Assembly: GCA_963422395.1 (NCBI GenBank)
Contig: OY729431.1
Location: 2,208,001 to 2,272,000 of the forward strand
DNA length: 64,000 bases
DNA from: Vicinamibacteria bacterium
Lineage (GTDB): Bacteria; Acidobacteriota; Vicinamibacteria; Marinacidobacterales; Marinacidobacteraceae
Reading direction: 5' to 3'
In this document: positions 50,882 through 59,847 of the stretch, one piece after another
Position numbering within the stretch: the stretch's first letter is position 1
Layout: every line of letters begins with the position of its first letter
Translations under genes and position numbers: made by a program
The notes under the pieces: generated by a model
Database searches by the model: none
What the model was told of the DNA's origin: nothing
The model's input: the letters and a program-made list of their open reading frames with translations, nothing else

Positions 50882-51409
50882 ATGAATCGCTCCTTGGAGG
50901 GTCGCTGGCGAGATCTCCGATTCGGCGTACGGAAGTCGTCCCGGTACCACGAACGCCGGAAGCGATTCTTCCTCAGGTGTAACCGTGGGGCATCGTTCGT
51001 CTCCGCGTTCTTCGGCACGGCGGCGGCAGTGTCCTTGCTGGCTGCTTGGGGGGATGCGCCGATCGTCATTTCGGCGGTGGTCGTGGCGGTGGCGGGGCTC
51101 CTGGATCTGGTCGTGGGCACCGCGCATCGGGCCTGGGAGCACGGGAACCTGTGCCGCGACTTCATCCTCCTGGAGCGCCGCATGGTCCTCGCGAAGATTT
51201 CGGAAGCAGAACTCGCAGAGTGCATCGCGGAGAGACTCGAGATCGAGGCGAAAGAACCGCCGACACTCCGGGTCCTCTCGGTCCTGGCGCACAACGATGT
51301 GATGCGCGCGGATGGGTACCCGCCGGAGGAGTGGGCGCGGGTGACCTCTTTACAGCGGCGCTTGGCGCCGCTGATGGACTTTCGAGCGGATCGCCTGGAG
51401 GCGGGCTGA
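50882..51409 (+). CDS. SLATT-like two-TM effector-type membrane protein
   Basis: RKSSRYHERR...two TM helices...AHRAWEH...FILLE, then a helical C-terminus; opposite strand to the flanking genes. Confidence 0.6.
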   Translation: MNRSLEGRWRDLRFGVRKSSRYHERRKRFFLRCNRGASFVSAFFGTAAAVSLLAAWGDAPIVISAVVVAVAGLLDLVVGTAHRAWEHGNLCRDFILLERRMVLAKISEAELAECIAERLEIEAKEPPTLRVLSVLAHNDVMRADGYPPEEWARVTSLQRRLAPLMDFRADRLEAG

Positions 51410-51460
51410 TTCCTCCCCGGGCGAGCCGAGCGCAGCGGCGCCGGTCATGCCGGCGCCGGT

Positions 51461-52003
51461 TCAGCTGCGGGCCGAGGTGATGAGCGAGGCGAGTTCGCGG
51501 ACGGTGCGGACGAGATCGTCGTTGACGATCCGGTGGTCGTAGCTGGCGGCGCGGGAGATCTCGGCGCGGGCGGTGCGGAGGCGTTTTTCGATCTGGTCCC
51601 GAGCTTCGCGGCCGCGGCCGGCGATACGAGTCGCGAGCTCCGCGAAGCGAGGAGGTTCGATGAAGATCGAAACCGCGTCGGGGATCTCTTTTCGAAGCGC
51701 TGCCGCACCCTGGATATCCACTTCGATCAACAGATCGCCCGAGCTGCCGGGGCGGACCGCCGCGCGGCTCGTTCCGTAGCGGTGTCCATGGACGAAGGCC
51801 CACTCGACGAAGGCGCCCTCGCCGGCGAGCCGGGCGAACTCGGCGTCCGGGACGAAGTGGTAGTCGCGGCCGTCCACCTCGCCCGCGCGCGGTGGGCGGG
51901 TGGTGTGGGAGACGGCGAAGGAGAGGTTCGGGACCTCGTCGATCAACCGGCGGAGGACGGTGGACTTTCCGACCCCGGAAGGGCCCGAGATCACGAAGAG
52001 CAC
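51461..52003 (-). CDS. gmk: Guanylate kinase
   Basis: VISGPSGVGKST, SHTTRPPRAGEVDGRDYHF, YGTS, EVDIQGA. Confidence 0.95.
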   Translation of the reverse strand: MLFVISGPSGVGKSTVLRRLIDEVPNLSFAVSHTTRPPRAGEVDGRDYHFVPDAEFARLAGEGAFVEWAFVHGHRYGTSRAAVRPGSSGDLLIEVDIQGAAALRKEIPDAVSIFIEPPRFAELATRIAGRGREARDQIEKRLRTARAEISRAASYDHRIVNDDLVRTVRELASLITSARS

Positions 52004-52170
52004 GCGAAGACGGTCTCCCCGGCAAACTCCCGGACGGCCTCCCCGACGGCATCTCGGAGACGGCCCACCGCCTCGGGAATGCGGTCCTCCGCGAGGTAAC
52101 TGAAAGAGACCCGGAGGGTGCGGCGGGCCAACCTCGCCGCGGCCCCGGAAAAACGAGACTCCCGGTTCAT
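51991..52170 (-). other. 59-aa ORF resembling the C-terminal end of a PLP-dependent aminotransferase (possible remnant)
   Basis: TLRVSFSYLAEDRIPEAVGRLRDAV; overlaps the ileS stop and the gmk start. Confidence 0.4.
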
Positions 52171-55100
52171 GGACGGGCGTTCGGCAGTTCCGCCGGGACC
52201 ACCTCCAGGAACAGGGTGGCGCGCTCTCCCTCGATCTCGATCTCGCAGCGGTTTCCTCGGGGAAGGGGACCGGGAAGGATCGCCACTGCGAGCGCCTCCC
52301 GGCAGAAGTGCGCTTCGCGCTCGCGCACGATCGCGAGCAGCGAATCTTCGCCGCTCTCCCCAGCGAGCCCGATCCGGATGCGCGCCTCGTACGGAAGGTC
52401 GAGGTCCTTGCGGAAACCCTGCACCCGGTGGAGCAGCTCGCGGTAGCGGCCCGCGCGGCGGAGCTCGGGAGTGACGCGGGTGTCCAGCGCCAGGGTCGCG
52501 AGCGGGGAGCCGGCGATCGCGCGGCCGGAGCCGGGGCGGCTCTCGATCCGGAGTTCGCCGGCGGCGATTCGCAGCGGCGAAGCATCGGCGCCGGGAAGAT
52601 CGAGGAGCAGCTCGCCGTCGGCATCGAGACGGGCTTTCAGCTCGCGGCCCGGGAGGGCTGCGATCGCCCTCCGCACTTCCTCCATCCGGCGTCCGAGGCG
52701 GGGGCCGAGGCGTCGGAAATCGGGCTTGACCACGAATTCGAGATCGGCCTCGGGGTCTTCCCGAAACCGGATGCCGCGGACATTCAGCTCGTCGGCGAGA
52801 AGATCGCGGTGGCGGTCGAGCCGGGTCCGGAGCGCTTCGTCGGCCACCGCGACGCTCGCTCCGGCGAGGGGCTGGCGGACGCGGATCTCGTGCTCCTGCC
52901 GCACCCGGAGGCCGAGCGAAGCGATCTCCCGCACCGCCGCCATCTCCTCGTTGAGCCCGGCATCGAGGGGAAACCGCGGCGCCGGCCAATCGGCGAGGTG
53001 GACGCTCTCCGGAGCTTCCTCGGGGAAGGGGCCGGCGGCCAGGTTGCGATGGATTTCCTCGGCCAGGAAAGGAGTGAAGGGAGCCATCAGCCGGGAGAGG
53101 CGCACCAAGGTGTCGTAGAGAGTGCGGTGGGCGTCGAGCTTCTCCGCACTCCGGCCCGCTTCCCAAAAGCGGCTGCGGCTGCGGCGGAGCCACCAGTTGG
53201 AGAGCGATTCGGCGAAGGCGGCGAGCTGGCGGGAAGCGTCGAAGGCGCGGAACGCCTCGAGATGATCCCCTACCGCGGCGGAGGTCTCTTCGAGGTGGGA
53301 GAGGATCCAGCGGTCGAGCGCGGATCGCGCGGCGACGGGGCGCCCGTGGTCCGTGCGGGGGTCGAATCCGTCGATCCGCGCGTAGATGGTGAAGAAGGAA
53401 TAGACATTCCGGATCTTCAGGGGGAACTCGCGGGCGGCGGCGCGGACCGCGTCGAGCGAGTGGCGCTTGTTCGCCCACGGTGCGGAGGAAGCCGCGAAGA
53501 ACCAGCGGAAACCGTCGGCTCCAACTGCGGCGAGGGTCTTTTCGGGGGGGGTGTAGTTGCCGCGCGACTTGGACTCCTTGCGGCCCTCGGGGTCCCTGAC
53601 ATGACCGAGGACGAGGCAGGAGCGGTACGGGTGGGGACGCGCCGGCGGGGAGATCCCGAGGCGCGCACAGGTGTCTTCGTCGAAGAGGAGCGTCGAGATC
53701 ATCAGGAGCGAATAGAACCAGCCGCGGGTCTGGTCGATCGCCTCGGTGATGTAGTCGGCGGGGAAGGAGGCGAGGAACCGCTCGCGATTCCGATGGGGGA
53801 AGCCCCACTGGGCGAACGGCATGGCGCCGGAGTCGAACCAGCAGTCGATGACTTCGGGGACCCGCCGGTACACCCCCGGCTCCCCGGGCCGGGTCCAGCG
53901 GACCTCGTCCACCCACGGTTTGTGGACCATGAGGTCCGGAGCGAGGTCGGGCCGGCGCCCGCGGGCCCGGTGGAAGGCGGCGAAGGCTTCCGGGTTCTTC
54001 GCTTCGATCTCCGCGACGGAAGCGGGGGCCTCGATGCGGCCGGTCTCGTCGTTGATCCAGAGGTTCAGCGGAGTGCCCCAGAAGCGCTCGCGGGAAAGCG
54101 CCCAATCCACATTGTTGCGGAGGAAGTCGCCGAATCGGCCTTCGCGGATGTGGTCGGGCATCCACTGGACCCGGTCGCTGTTGGCGAGCGCCGCGTCCTT
54201 GCGGGCGGTAGTGCGGAGGAACCAGGCCGGGCGCGCGTACTGGATCAGCGGATCCCGGTCGGCGCGCCAGCAGAAGGGGTACTCGTGACGGATGGTTCCC
54301 GCGTGGAGCAAGCGGCCGGCGTCCCGGAGGCGGCGGACGATCTCCCGATCGGCCTCCTTGACCCAGCGGCCCTCGAGCCACGGGATGTCCTTCGTGAAGC
54401 GGCCGTCGGGCCCCACTGCGCAGAGGAGCGGGATGTCCTCGGGGTTTTCGTAGGCAGAGACGGTCTTCCGATGGAGATCGTGGTCCACTTCGCCGAACGC
54501 GGGAGCTTCGTGGACGAGGCCGGTGCCCTGGTCGAGCTCCACGAAGTCGGCGGCGAGGACGCGCCAGAACGCCGGAACCGAGCCGCCGCCGCGGAGTCGG
54601 CCCTCGAGGGCGTGGTGTTTCTTCCAGAAGTCGTCGAAGGGCGGGCGATAGCGGCGGCCGACGAGAGCCTCCCCCCGGAAGGCGCGGCGCACCGGAAGCT
54701 CCCGGCCCAACCGGGAGGCGAGCGCACCGCGGAGCGCACGGGCCACCACCAGCCGGCGGGGCGCCCCGTCGGGAGAGGTGTCTTCGACCTCCTCGTAGTC
54801 GCAGTCCGGGCGGACCGCCGCATAGAGATTCGAGGGGAGAGTCCAGGGAGTCGTCGTCCAGACGACGAGCGAGAGGCCGGGGTCGTCCTCGAGCGGGAGC
54901 GTCACATGGACGGAAGGGTCTTCGACCTCGCGGTAGCCGAGACCGACCTCCGCCGAGGAGAGCGCGGTGCCGCCGGCAGCCCACCACCAGACCACCTTCT
55001 CGCCGCGGTAGAGGAGGCCCTTCCGGTGCATCTCGGAGAGCGCCCACCAAACGCTCTCGATGTAGGTGCGGCGATAGGTCACATAGGCGGCGTCGAGGTC

Positions 55101-55532
55101 CACCCAGTGGCCGATCCGGGCCGTCATCTCCTCCCAGTCGCGGATGTAGCGGAAGACGCTCGCCATGCACTTCTCGACGAAGCGGCCGACGCCGAACTCC
55201 TCGATCCCGGCGCGGCCGTGGATGCCGAGCTCCTTCTCGACCTCCACTTCGACGGGCAGGCCGTGGGTGTCCCAGCCGGCGATCCGCTCGACGCGGCGGC
55301 CCTTCATCGAGTGGTAGCGCGGGAAGATGTCCTTGAACACCCGGGTGAGCACATGGCCGTTGTGAGGGCGGCCGTTCGCGGTCGGCGGACCGTCGTGCCA
55401 CACCCAGGGGGCTCCCGCGGCCCGCCTTTCGACGCTTTTCGGGAAGACCGAGCGATCCTCCCAGAACCGGCGGATCTCCGCTTCGACGGCGGGGATCTCC
55501 GCGGCGGGGCGGGCCGGCCGAAAGAGGGACAC
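52167..55532 (-). CDS. ileS: Isoleucine--tRNA ligase, type 2
   Basis: DGPPTANGRPHNGH, GWDTHGLPVE, WTTTPWTL, DWALSRERFWGTP, DQTRGWFYSL, KESKS; GTG start at 55532, downstream of tRNA-Glu. Confidence 0.95.
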   Translation of the reverse strand: MSLFRPARPAAEIPAVEAEIRRFWEDRSVFPKSVERRAAGAPWVWHDGPPTANGRPHNGHVLTRVFKDIFPRYHSMKGRRVERIAGWDTHGLPVEVEVEKELGIHGRAGIEEFGVGRFVEKCMASVFRYIRDWEEMTARIGHWVDLDAAYVTYRRTYIESVWWALSEMHRKGLLYRGEKVVWWWAAGGTALSSAEVGLGYREVEDPSVHVTLPLEDDPGLSLVVWTTTPWTLPSNLYAAVRPDCDYEEVEDTSPDGAPRRLVVARALRGALASRLGRELPVRRAFRGEALVGRRYRPPFDDFWKKHHALEGRLRGGGSVPAFWRVLAADFVELDQGTGLVHEAPAFGEVDHDLHRKTVSAYENPEDIPLLCAVGPDGRFTKDIPWLEGRWVKEADREIVRRLRDAGRLLHAGTIRHEYPFCWRADRDPLIQYARPAWFLRTTARKDAALANSDRVQWMPDHIREGRFGDFLRNNVDWALSRERFWGTPLNLWINDETGRIEAPASVAEIEAKNPEAFAAFHRARGRRPDLAPDLMVHKPWVDEVRWTRPGEPGVYRRVPEVIDCWFDSGAMPFAQWGFPHRNRERFLASFPADYITEAIDQTRGWFYSLLMISTLLFDEDTCARLGISPPARPHPYRSCLVLGHVRDPEGRKESKSRGNYTPPEKTLAAVGADGFRWFFAASSAPWANKRHSLDAVRAAAREFPLKIRNVYSFFTIYARIDGFDPRTDHGRPVAARSALDRWILSHLEETSAAVGDHLEAFRAFDASRQLAAFAESLSNWWLRRSRSRFWEAGRSAEKLDAHRTLYDTLVRLSRLMAPFTPFLAEEIHRNLAAGPFPEEAPESVHLADWPAPRFPLDAGLNEEMAAVREIASLGLRVRQEHEIRVRQPLAGASVAVADEALRTRLDRHRDLLADELNVRGIRFREDPEADLEFVVKPDFRRLGPRLGRRMEEVRRAIAALPGRELKARLDADGELLLDLPGADASPLRIAAGELRIESRPGSGRAIAGSPLATLALDTRVTPELRRAGRYRELLHRVQGFRKDLDLPYEARIRIGLAGESGEDSLLAIVREREAHFCREALAVAILPGPLPRGNRCEIEIEGERATLFLEVVPAELPNARP

Positions 55533-55583
55533 GACGCTCAGCAGCCTGTCGCGGAACCGGACCTGCAGCGAAGAGGGCAGAGG

Positions 55584-55659
55584 TGGCGTCCCCAACGGGA
55601 CTCGAACCCGTGTTTTCGCCGTGAAAGGGCGACGTCCTGGGCCACTAGACGATGGGGAC
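55584..55659 (-). tRNA. tRNA-Glu (TTC)
   Basis: GTCCCCATCGTCTAGTGGCCCAGGAC...TCGCC-CTTTCAC-GGCGA...GGTTCGAGTCC...CCA. Confidence 0.95.
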
Positions 55660-55668
55660 CCGAAGAGG

Positions 55669-55741
55669 TAGGCCGTGCAGGCATCGAACCTGCGACATCT
55701 CGCTTAAAAGGCGAGCGCTCTGCCAACTGAGCTAACGGCCC
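55669..55741 (-). tRNA. tRNA-Lys (TTT)
   Basis: GGGCCGTTAGCTCAGTTGGCAGAGC...CTCGC-CTTTTAA-GCGAG...GGTTCGATGCC. Confidence 0.95.
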
Positions 55742-55818
55742 GGCGAGGCGGCGGAGAATCGTAGCAGGAGAGCGGACGGAAGCGGTTGCGCATCACCTCG
55801 GGCGGCTCGACCGACCGA

Positions 55819-57117
55819 TTACCCGGAGGGGAGGACCGTAGCGCGGCGGGGGAGCCAGGCGGTGCGCTCCGGCCCGGTGGAGACGAGGCTGATGGGGACG
55901 CCGCAGAGTTCCTCGAGGGTGTCCAGGTAGTTGCGGGCCTCCTTCGGAAGCGCCTCGAGTCGGGTCATGCCCTCGGTGCAGCCGCTCCAGCCGGGGAGGA
56001 TGCGGTATTCGGGTTCGCACCGGGCGAGATCTCCGAGATCGCCCGGAAACTTCTCCACCGGCTCGCCGTCCAGGCGGTAGCGAACCCCGACCTTCAGCTC
56101 GGGAAGCCCGTCGAGGACATCCAGCTTGGTGATCGCGAGCTCGTCGAGCCCGTTGACCCGGCGGGCGTAGCGCAGCACCACGCTGTCGAACCAGCCGCAG
56201 CGGCGGGGCCGGCCCGTCGAGGCCCCGAACTCGCGGCCCTTCCGCTGGATCGCCCCGCCGGTCTCCCGGAGCATCTCGGTCGGGAGCGGCCCCTCCCCCA
56301 CCCGGGTCTGGTACGCCTTCGCCACGCCGAGCACCCGACCGACGGCGCGGGGACCGACGCCGGCACCCACCGCGGCGCCCGCGGCCACCGCGGTGGAGGA
56401 AGTGACGAAAGGATAGGTGCCGTGATCCACATCGAGAAGGGTGGCTTGAGCGCCTTCGAAGAGCACCGGCCGGCCGGCTTCGAGGGCCTCGTGGACCACC
56501 AGGGAAGTGTCGGCGATCAGCGGGCGGATCCGCACGGCGAAGCGGTCGAGCAGCTCGCGGGAAGCGGCGATCTCGGCGGCGATCCGCTCCGGGTCCCAGC
56601 CGAGCGCTTCGGCATGCCCGCGGACCAGGTGGTCGAGCCGTTCGTCGCGGTAGCGCGGATGGCGGAGGTCGCCGAGGCGGAGACCGCGGCGGGCGGCCTT
56701 GTCCGCGTAGGCGGGGCCGATCCCGCGGCGGGTGGTCCCGATCCGGCGCTTTCCGAGGCGGGTCTCCTCGCGCGCTTCGACCTCGCGGTGGATGGGGAGG
56801 ATGAGCTGGGCCCGGTCGGAGAGGAGCAGGTTGCCGGCAGGGTCGTACCCCGCTTCCTCGAGCACCTGCAGCTCCTCGAAGAGAGCGAGCGGGTCCACCA
56901 CGCAGCCGTTGCCGATGATCGAACGGACGCCCGGATGGAGGACCGCGGAGGGGAGGATGTGGAGGACGACGGTGCGGCCGTCCACCACCACGGTATGTCC
57001 GGCGTTGTGCCCGCCGCCGAAACGCACCACGGTGTCGAAGCGGGGGGCGAGAAGGTCCACGAACTTCCCCTTCCCCTCGTCGCCCCACTGGGTGCCGACG
57101 ACCGCAAGACCGGACAT
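55819..57117 (-). CDS. purA: Adenylosuccinate synthetase
   Basis: GTQWGDEGKGK, GGHNAGHT, GTTRRGIGPAY, EGAQA, GTYPFVTSS, TGRPRRCGWFD. Confidence 0.96.
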   Translation of the reverse strand: MSGLAVVGTQWGDEGKGKFVDLLAPRFDTVVRFGGGHNAGHTVVVDGRTVVLHILPSAVLHPGVRSIIGNGCVVDPLALFEELQVLEEAGYDPAGNLLLSDRAQLILPIHREVEAREETRLGKRRIGTTRRGIGPAYADKAARRGLRLGDLRHPRYRDERLDHLVRGHAEALGWDPERIAAEIAASRELLDRFAVRIRPLIADTSLVVHEALEAGRPVLFEGAQATLLDVDHGTYPFVTSSTAVAAGAAVGAGVGPRAVGRVLGVAKAYQTRVGEGPLPTEMLRETGGAIQRKGREFGASTGRPRRCGWFDSVVLRYARRVNGLDELAITKLDVLDGLPELKVGVRYRLDGEPVEKFPGDLGDLARCEPEYRILPGWSGCTEGMTRLEALPKEARNYLDTLEELCGVPISLVSTGPERTAWLPRRATVLPSG

Positions 57118-57169
57118 CGGGGCCGGGCGGCGGCGATCGGACGCGGCGGAGCGGGGAGGTGCCGGCGCG

Positions 57170-57763
57170 CTATTCGAGGCCGAGGAGATCCCGGACTTCC
57201 CTTTCGAGCCGCGCGGGGGTGCGGGCCGGATTGAATCCGATGTGGCGCGTACGGACGATGCCGTCGCGGTCGGCGATATAGGTGGTCGGCATCGCGAAGA
57301 TGCGGAACGCTTCGTCCGCTTCGACGGTGGAGAGCAGGTTTCGGTAGCGAACGCCCCGGTCTTCCACCCAGGCGCGCACCTCGTCGGGGGACGGCATCCC
57401 GTCGTCCACATGGAGGCCGAGGACCACCAGGCCCGCATCCCCGTAGCGGTCTTCCAGCTCCTGGAAGAACGGCAAGGACTCCTGGCAGGGGCCGCACCAG
57501 ACCGCCCAGAAATCGTAGATCACGATCTTGCCCGGAAAACCGCGGAGCGAGATCAGGTTGCCTTCCAGGTCGGGAAGTTCCACATCGGGGGGAGGCTCGT
57601 CGATGACTCCACGCCGCTGGGCGAGCGCCCCGGCGGGTTCGGTTCCGCAAGCGGCAGCGGCGACGGGGACAGGCGTGATCAGCAGGACCGCGAGAAGGCC
57701 GGCGCCGACGGTCACCGCCGTTGCCAGCCGGGCGGGACGCAGGCGCCGGAGGACACGGATCAC
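57170..57763 (-). CDS. TlpA-like thiol-disulfide oxidoreductase
   Basis: DFWAVWCGPC, MPTTYIADRDG; N-terminal membrane anchor. Confidence 0.88.
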   Translation of the reverse strand: MIRVLRRLRPARLATAVTVGAGLLAVLLITPVPVAAAACGTEPAGALAQRRGVIDEPPPDVELPDLEGNLISLRGFPGKIVIYDFWAVWCGPCQESLPFFQELEDRYGDAGLVVLGLHVDDGMPSPDEVRAWVEDRGVRYRNLLSTVEADEAFRIFAMPTTYIADRDGIVRTRHIGFNPARTPARLEREVRDLLGLE

Positions 57764-57782
57764 GCTTGTTCTTCCGGACTGC

Positions 57783-58766
57783 TCACTGCGCCGGCACGAG
57801 GGTCAGCGCCGGAGATTCCTGCCCGGCGAGCCAGCGTTCGCAGGCGATGGCGGCCATGCAGCCGGTGCCGGCGGCGGTCACCGCCTGCCGGTAGATAGCG
57901 TCCATGACATCGCCGCAGGCGAAAACCCCCTCTACCGAGGTATTCGTGGTGCCGGGTTCGACGATCACATAACCGCGCGGATCGAGGGCGAGGGCGCCAG
58001 CGAAGATGTCGGTGTTCGGCGTATGGCCGATGGCGATGAAGAGGGCGCCGATCGGAAGGCGGGACGCGGCGCCGGTGCGGCGGTTCAGCAGGCGAAGCCC
58101 GGTCACTCCGTCTTCGTCCCCGAACACCTCCTCGACCACGGTGTTCCAGACGAAGCGAATCTTCGAGTTCTCCCGCGCCCGCTGGGCCATGATCTTCGAG
58201 GCGCGGAGCTCCTCCCGTCGATGGATCACATGGACCGTGGAGGCGAAACGGGTCAGGAACAGGGCCTCTTCCATCGCGGTGTCGCCGCCGCCGACGACAG
58301 CCATTTCCCTGCCCCGGTAGAGGGCGCCGTCGCAGGTGGCGCAAGCCGAGACGCCGCGATTCAGGAACTCCTGCTCGGAAGGAAGGCCGAGCCAGCGGGC
58401 GCGGGCACCGGTGGCCACGATGACCGAATCGGCCTCGAAGGTCCGGTCCTCCGAGACGACCGAAAACGGCCGCGCCGAGAAGTCCACGGCGGTCGCGTCG
58501 AGGTGGTGTACCTCGGTTCCGAAGCGTTCTGCCTGGCGGCGGAAGAGGTCCATCATTTCGTGGCCGGTGACGCCTTCGGGGAATCCGGGGTAGTTCTCGA
58601 CTTCGGTGGTGAGCATGAGCTGACCGCCGGGAATGCCGACCGCCGGGTCCATTCCGGCACCTGCCAGCAGGAGCGGTTCGAGCTCGGCGCGCGCCGTGTA
58701 GAGCGCAGCGGTGTAACCGGCGGGGCCGCTGCCGATGACGACGACGCGACGGGAGCGGGGCGACAC
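57783..58766 (-). CDS. trxB: Thioredoxin reductase
   Basis: GSGPAGYTAA, VENYPGF, GVSACATCDG, GGGDTAMEEA, YRQAVTAAG. Confidence 0.96.
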   Translation of the reverse strand: MSPRSRRVVVIGSGPAGYTAALYTARAELEPLLLAGAGMDPAVGIPGGQLMLTTEVENYPGFPEGVTGHEMMDLFRRQAERFGTEVHHLDATAVDFSARPFSVVSEDRTFEADSVIVATGARARWLGLPSEQEFLNRGVSACATCDGALYRGREMAVVGGGDTAMEEALFLTRFASTVHVIHRREELRASKIMAQRARENSKIRFVWNTVVEEVFGDEDGVTGLRLLNRRTGAASRLPIGALFIAIGHTPNTDIFAGALALDPRGYVIVEPGTTNTSVEGVFACGDVMDAIYRQAVTAAGTGCMAAIACERWLAGQESPALTLVPAQ

Positions 58767-58795
58767 TTCGGCAGCGTACCACGCTCGGGCTGAGC

Positions 58796-59035
58796 GTTTC
58801 GGGAACGGGGCGGGATGTGGTGCAGCGTCTCGCGCCCTCGTGGAATGTACGGGACGCCCCGTTCCCGAAACGCCCGGCGCTCCGCGCCGGGAATCCGAAC
58901 TCCTGCCGCACGCAGCGAGTTCGGATTCGTGTCACCATCTTGTGAAAGGGGACACCCCTTTCACACATTCCCCGGCTGTGCCGCGCCCGAAGCACCGCTT
59001 CGGGCGCAACATGTGTTTCCTCGGCCACGGGCGAG
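58796..59035 (+). repeat. Structured interspersed repeat, copy C
   Basis: GGGAACGGGGC...GCCCCGTTCCC, GAATCCGAACTC..GAGTTCGGATTC, TGTGAAAGGGG-aca-CCCCTTTCACA, CCGAAGC-acc-GCTTCGG. Confidence 0.82.
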
Positions 59036-59139
59036 CATCGCAGCTCTCGGGCGATACGGGATGCCGGGTTGTGTCTGGCGCCCTCGTGGGACGAACAGGA
59101 CGCCCGTTCCCGAATCGCCCGCACCGGCGGATACGGAAT

Positions 59140-59367
59140 CTATGCGGGGCGCTTCCCTTCCGGCTCAGACTGCCGGCGGGCAGAGATGAAAGGAAAAGCC
59201 CCTTCGAGGCGGGCTACCCGCTCCCCCAGAACATGGAGGTCTGCCCGGATCGCAGCCAGTTCCGACCGGATAGAGCGTTGCCCCCCTACGATGAGAGCGG
59301 CGAGGGATGCCCCGACTCCGAGAACGGCGATTCCGACCCCGAGAACGGCGATGAGTTCCGGATTCAT
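59140..59367 (-). CDS. Small TM + coiled-coil hypothetical protein
   Basis: IAVLGVG duplicated, then IRSELAAIRADLHVLGERVARLEG. Confidence 0.6.
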   Translation of the reverse strand: MNPELIAVLGVGIAVLGVGASLAALIVGGQRSIRSELAAIRADLHVLGERVARLEGAFPFISARRQSEPEGKRPA

Positions 59368-59377
59368 GTTGCGGACT

Positions 59378-59743
59378 CTAGCAGCCTGTGGACGAGGTCA
59401 CACGGCCGGCGGCCGGCGATGTCCAGTTCTCCCGTGGGGGCCACGGCGGAAGCACCCACCGGAGATATCCGACCTGCCGCAGACAGCGAGTCGGACTCTT
59501 GTGTCACCTCTTTCGTGAACGGGGACAACACTTTCCCACTTCCCCCCGCTGCGCCGCAGCCCAAACACGACTTCGAGCGCAAAACATGTTTGCTCGGCCA
59601 CGGACGAGACCCGCAGACAGCGAGTCGGACTCTGTGTCACCTCTTTCGTGAACGGGGACAACACTTTCCCACTTCCCCCCGCTGCGCCGCGACCCAAACA
59701 CGACTTCGAGCGCAACACATGTTTGCTCGATCACGGACGAGGC
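59378..59743 (+). repeat. MITE left end (CTAG) followed by a tandem ~134 bp duplication of the repeat core
   Basis: CTAGCAGCCTGTGGACGAGGTCACACGGCCG matches the 24255 left end; units 59477-59610 and 59611-59743 are nearly identical. Confidence 0.85.
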
Positions 59744-59847
59744 CCGCGGCTCATCTGCTGGAGGGACCATTCGGGGTTCTCGAAGTCGAGTTCGCCGAAG
59801 AGAGCGGCGTTCCGGGACATCGGTGACGAGGGCAGAATCCCGGCCTC

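Noticed and set aside
59477-59743. Tandem repeat considered as a CRISPR array
   Set aside because: Two ~134 bp units with no unique spacers and no cas genes.
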